From contig DASPLE010000058.1 in the NCBI GenBank assembly GCA_035627695.1, forward strand, positions 43,423 through 107,422: a stretch of DNA of 64,000 nt. Reading direction: 5' to 3'. The notes below the pieces were generated by a model. The model was not told the DNA's origin. It ran no database searches and saw only the letters and a program-made list of their open reading frames with translations. How positions within the stretch are numbered: the stretch's first letter is position 1; each line of letters starts with the position of its first letter. Made by a program: the position numbers and the translations under genes. Below, in pieces: positions 61,002 through 64,000 of the stretch. This stretch comes from Planctomycetota bacterium. Lineage in GTDB: Bacteria; Planctomycetota; UBA11346.

Positions 61002-62342
61002 GTGGTTGGTGCCATGCGTAAGCGCACCGTGTGGCGCTCGGCGATCGCCGCGGTCGCCGCGGCCATCGTCGCCGTCGTGACGGTCCCGGTCAGCGCCCGT
61101 CCGAACACGCGGCTCACCCTCTGGCACGTCTGGGGCGGTGCGCGCAGCCAGCTCTTCGCCGACCTCATCGCGCGATTCCAGGCCGAGAATCCGGGGATCT
61201 CGGTCGACGCGGTCTTCATCCCGCCCGACCTGATCCACGACCAGCTGCTGGCGGCCGCGCGCTCCGATTCGCTGCCCGAGATCGTCGGCATCCACACCGA
61301 CTGGCTTGGCGAGTTCGACGCGGCGGCGCTGCTGGCGCCGCTCGACACCCTCACCGGTCCCGCGGCATCGGGCGTGCGCACGCAGGACCTCGAGCGCAAC
61401 CGCGTCGACGGCACGCTGGTCGCCCTGCCCAACACCGTCGCCGGCGGAATGGCGCAGCTGTACGCCAATACGCGCGTGACCGACGCCGCCGGTCTCGACG
61501 CCGGGCGGCGCCTGCCGCGCCGCTGGGACGACTTCACCGCGGCCAGCGCCGTCGTCGTCCGCGCGCTCAACCGCGAGGGCGTCCTGCGCGTCGTCGCCTG
61601 GGATCCATTCATCGAACCGACCATCCAGCCGTGGCTCGCGCTGTGCTTCGGCGCCGGCGCGCCGACCGTCAGCCCCGATGGCCGGCGATCGTTGATCGCG
61701 ACCGCGGGCGTGCGGCGGGTGATGGACGCGATCGACGCCTACGTCGCCGAGGTCTACGGCGCGTTCGACGGCTGGCGCGGACTGCTGCGCTGGCGCCAGG
61801 AGGTCGCGGGCTTCCTCGCGAACGCCGATCAGATCCGCCCCTTCGCCCGCGACCTGCAGGCCTATTCGCTGCAGGGCGTGTGGACGACGACGATGATCCG
61901 CGCCGCCGATCCCGCGCTGACGTGGGAGGTCGGCCCCCTGCCGGGACTGGATGGCCCGCATGGCGCCGTCGCGGCGCAGGGCTGGTCGTACGCCATGCGC
62001 CGCGACCGCGCCGACGATCCCTCGGCGTGGGCGCTGCTGCGGTACCTGACCATCGATCCCGCCGGCAACGGCGCGTTCTGCATCGCCCAGGGTCGGCCGA
62101 GTCCGCTCACGGCGCTCGACGAGGATCCCGGCTACGCCGCAGCGGGACGCCAGTGGCGGTCGATCATGGGCGTGCTCGCGCTCGACATCCGGCACCCGGG
62201 ATCGCTCCACGGCCACGTCCTCGACGCGATGCTCACCGAGATCCCCGCGCGGCGCGCCAGCGGCGAAGCGATGCAGCGCATCGTCGACGACCTCGACCGC
62301 CGCTACCAGGCGCACCTCGACGGCCTCGACGGCACGCGATGA
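61002..62342 (+). CDS. ABC transporter extracellular solute-binding protein (family 1, sugar type)
   Basis: signal/TM anchor then SBP_bac_1-like LTLWHVWGGARSQLFADLIARFQAENPGI. Confidence 0.7.
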   Translation: MVGAMRKRTVWRSAIAAVAAAIVAVVTVPVSARPNTRLTLWHVWGGARSQLFADLIARFQAENPGISVDAVFIPPDLIHDQLLAAARSDSLPEIVGIHTDWLGEFDAAALLAPLDTLTGPAASGVRTQDLERNRVDGTLVALPNTVAGGMAQLYANTRVTDAAGLDAGRRLPRRWDDFTAASAVVVRALNREGVLRVVAWDPFIEPTIQPWLALCFGAGAPTVSPDGRRSLIATAGVRRVMDAIDAYVAEVYGAFDGWRGLLRWRQEVAGFLANADQIRPFARDLQAYSLQGVWTTTMIRAADPALTWEVGPLPGLDGPHGAVAAQGWSYAMRRDRADDPSAWALLRYLTIDPAGNGAFCIAQGRPSPLTALDEDPGYAAAGRQWRSIMGVLALDIRHPGSLHGHVLDAMLTEIPARRASGEAMQRIVDDLDRRYQAHLDGLDGTR

Positions 62343-64000
62343 ACGAACGGCGCGCGGCACTGCTCGTCGGCATCGCGCTGCTCGGTGCGGTCGCGCTCGC
62401 CGCCGTCGCGGGCTGGCGCGCGGCGCGCCTGTACGAGGCCGAAGTCCGCGCCCACCGCGCGCACGCGACCATGCACCGCCTGCACGCCGCGACGCGCGCG
62501 CTGCTCGGCGCCCGCGAGCCGCTGCCGCGCCTGGCCGGCGACTGGCGCGCCGCGCGCACCGCGGGAATGGCGGACCTCGCGGAGCTCGAGCGCACGCTCA
62601 GCGCGGCACCGGTGGACGCCGGCTTGCACGCGCGCCTGCGCCGCCTCGACGACGCGTGGGCGGCATTGGAACGGGATCACGGCGCCGAGCCGGACCAGCT
62701 CGGCGGCATCGCCATCGCCCGCCTGGCCGAGATCACCGGCGATGCCGGCATCGTCCTCGCGTACCAGCGCGCGCTCTCCGGCGGCGACGCCGATCCGGCG
62801 TCGATCCCGATCCTCGATGCCGTGCAGCGCAAGCTCGAGGAGTTCGACCTGCGCACGCGCACCTGCGCCGGCGAGCTGACCGCGGTCGCCGACGAGGTCG
62901 GCGCCCGCGCCCGCGCCGATGCGCGCGTCGCCGGCGGCAGCGCCCTGGCGGTCCTGGCGATCGCCGCCGTGGCCGCCGTCGCCGTGCTGCTCGGCATCGG
63001 CCGCGTCAACCGCCGCCTGCGCGACGACCTCGAGGCGCGTCGCCAGGCCGAGGAGGGCCTCGCCCACCTCTCGCAACGCCAGCGGGTGCTGCTCGACACG
63101 CTGCCGGACCTGATCTTCGTCGTCGGCCGCGATGGCACGTACCAGAACGTCCTCGGCAACACGGCGATGCTCCCGATCCCGCGCGAGCAGGCGCTCGGCA
63201 GGCGGCCGTGCGACATACTCCCGCCGGCGATCGCCGCCGAGCGCGAGGCGGCGATCGAACGCGCGTTCGCCACCGGCAAGCCGCAGCAGATGGAGCAGCG
63301 CTTCGCGCTCGGCGGCGGCCTGCGCGACTACGTCGTGCGCATCGTCGCGGTCGACGGCAACGAGGCGCTGGTCGTCACCACCGACGTCACCGACCACCTG
63401 CGCCTCGAGGAGCAGCTGCGCCACGCGCAGAAGTTCGAGGCGGTCGGGCAGCTCGCCGGCGGCATCGCGCACGACTTCAACAACCTGCTGGTCGGGATCC
63501 TCGGCTACGCCGAGCTGCTGGCGCAATCCGAACGCGACCCGCTGGGCAAGCGGCAGGCGGAGGCGATCGTGCGCGCGGCGACGCGCGCCGCCGAGCTGAC
63601 CTCGCAGCTCCTGGCCTTCTCGCGCAAGGGCCCGCGCCTGATCCAGGCGATCGATGCGAACGCCGTCGTCAACGACGCCATCGGGCTCCTGCGCCACTCG
63701 ATCGATCGCCGGATCATCATCACCACCGACCTGCGCGTCGGCGGCGCCTGGGTGCGCGGCGATCGCGCGCGGCTGCAGAGCGCCCTGATCAACCTCGGTA
63801 TCAACGCGCGCGACGCGATGCCCGACGGCGGCGAGTTCAGCCTGGTCAGCGACCGGGTCGAGCTGCCCGGCGGCGATCCCGACGCGCCGGGAACGCTCGC
63901 CCCGGGCCGCTACCTGCGCCTGGGCGCGCGCGATACCGGCGGCGGCATGGACGACGACACGCGTCGACGCGCCTTCGAGCCGTTCTTCACCACCAAGGGT
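62339..64000 (+). CDS. sensor histidine kinase (TM + PAS + HisKA + HATPase; 3'-partial)
   Basis: H-box [12 protein letters not shown]-box [12 protein letters not shown]1 box; ATGA overlap with SBP stop. Confidence 0.8.
   Translation, partial: MNERRAALLVGIALLGAVALAAVAGWRAARLYEAEVRAHRAHATMHRLHAATRALLGAREPLPRLAGDWRAARTAGMADLAELERTLSAAPVDAGLHARLRRLDDAWAALERDHGAEPDQLGGIAIARLAEITGDAGIVLAYQRALSGGDADPASIPILDAVQRKLEEFDLRTRTCAGELTAVADEVGARARADARVAGGSALAVLAIAAVAAVAVLLGIGRVNRRLRDDLEARRQAEEGLAHLSQRQRVLLDTLPDLIFVVGRDGTYQNVLGNTAMLPIPREQALGRRPCDILPPAIAAEREAAIERAFATGKPQQMEQRFALGGGLRDYVVRIVAVDGNEALVVTTDVTDHLRLEEQLRHAQKFEAVGQLAGGIAHDFNNLLVGILGYAELLAQSERDPLGKRQAEAIVRAATRAAELTSQLLAFSRKGPRLIQAIDANAVVNDAIGLLRHSIDRRIIITTDLRVGGAWVRGDRARLQSALINLGINARDAMPDGGEFSLVSDRVELPGGDPDAPGTLAPGRYLRLGARDTGGGMDDDTRRRAFEPFFTTKG

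Overview
This 64-kb window has very high GC content (about 70-72%) and is densely packed with protein-coding genes. No rRNA, tRNA, CRISPR array or obvious IS/transposon was found. The high GC produces many long spurious ORFs on both strands (listed under noticed_but_rejected); I count about 60 real genes. The gene content looks like a free-living, high-GC bacterium with Planctomycetota- or Verrucomicrobiota-like features: prepilin-type N-methylation proteins, ECF sigma factors fused to transmembrane sensor extensions, archaeal-type PyrB/PyrI, a Ser/Thr kinase, and glycine-rich RRM and DEAD-box proteins. That taxonomic guess is inference only.

Main contents, in order along the window:
- A partial Ser/Thr kinase followed by pyrB and pyrI.
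- Two tandem paralogous 'ECF sigma - TM - large C-terminal domain' proteins.
- A sigma54-dependent NtrC-like regulator and a Gfo/Idh/MocA oxidoreductase.
- A FadL-like outer-membrane barrel protein.
- An oxidative-stress island: OxyR-type LysR regulator, ZupT, Dps and a BshC-like protein.
- Transketolase and MsrA.
- An operon of large prepilin-type proteins with a divergent AraC-family regulator.
- A bacterial SET-domain protein with a basic (KARA)n tail.
- A glycan-related block: esterase, heparinase II/III-like lyase, a secreted beta-helix protein with a ricin-B lectin domain, and an ECF sigma whose periplasmic sensor is homologous to that beta-helix.
- cysK and a GNAT acetyltransferase.
- A translationally coupled DUF2252 - DUF3817 - fructosamine-kinase-like operon.
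- A second FadL-like outer-membrane protein operon.
- DUF2248, VOC/PhnB-like, truncated globin and FapA genes.
- A lactonase and a DUF2059 lipoprotein.
- An ECF sigma fused to ankyrin repeats, MATE exporters, and a translationally coupled ACP plus flavin-dependent halogenase pair.
- An RRM protein, a sugar ABC substrate-binding protein, and a partial histidine kinase.

Features that look most unusual:
1. A dispersed family of perfect heptanucleotide tandem arrays, (GAGCTTC)n and its complement, at five intergenic gene ends, plus a related 12-mer array inside the SET gene.
2. An ECF sigma with a periplasmic beta-helix sensor sitting next to a homologous secreted lectin/beta-helix protein.
3. 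An ACP-halogenase-MATE module with no polyketide or nonribosomal peptide synthase in the window.
4. A prokaryotic SET-domain protein with a repeat-encoded basic tail.
5. A tightly coupled operon of domains of unknown function ending in a kinase.
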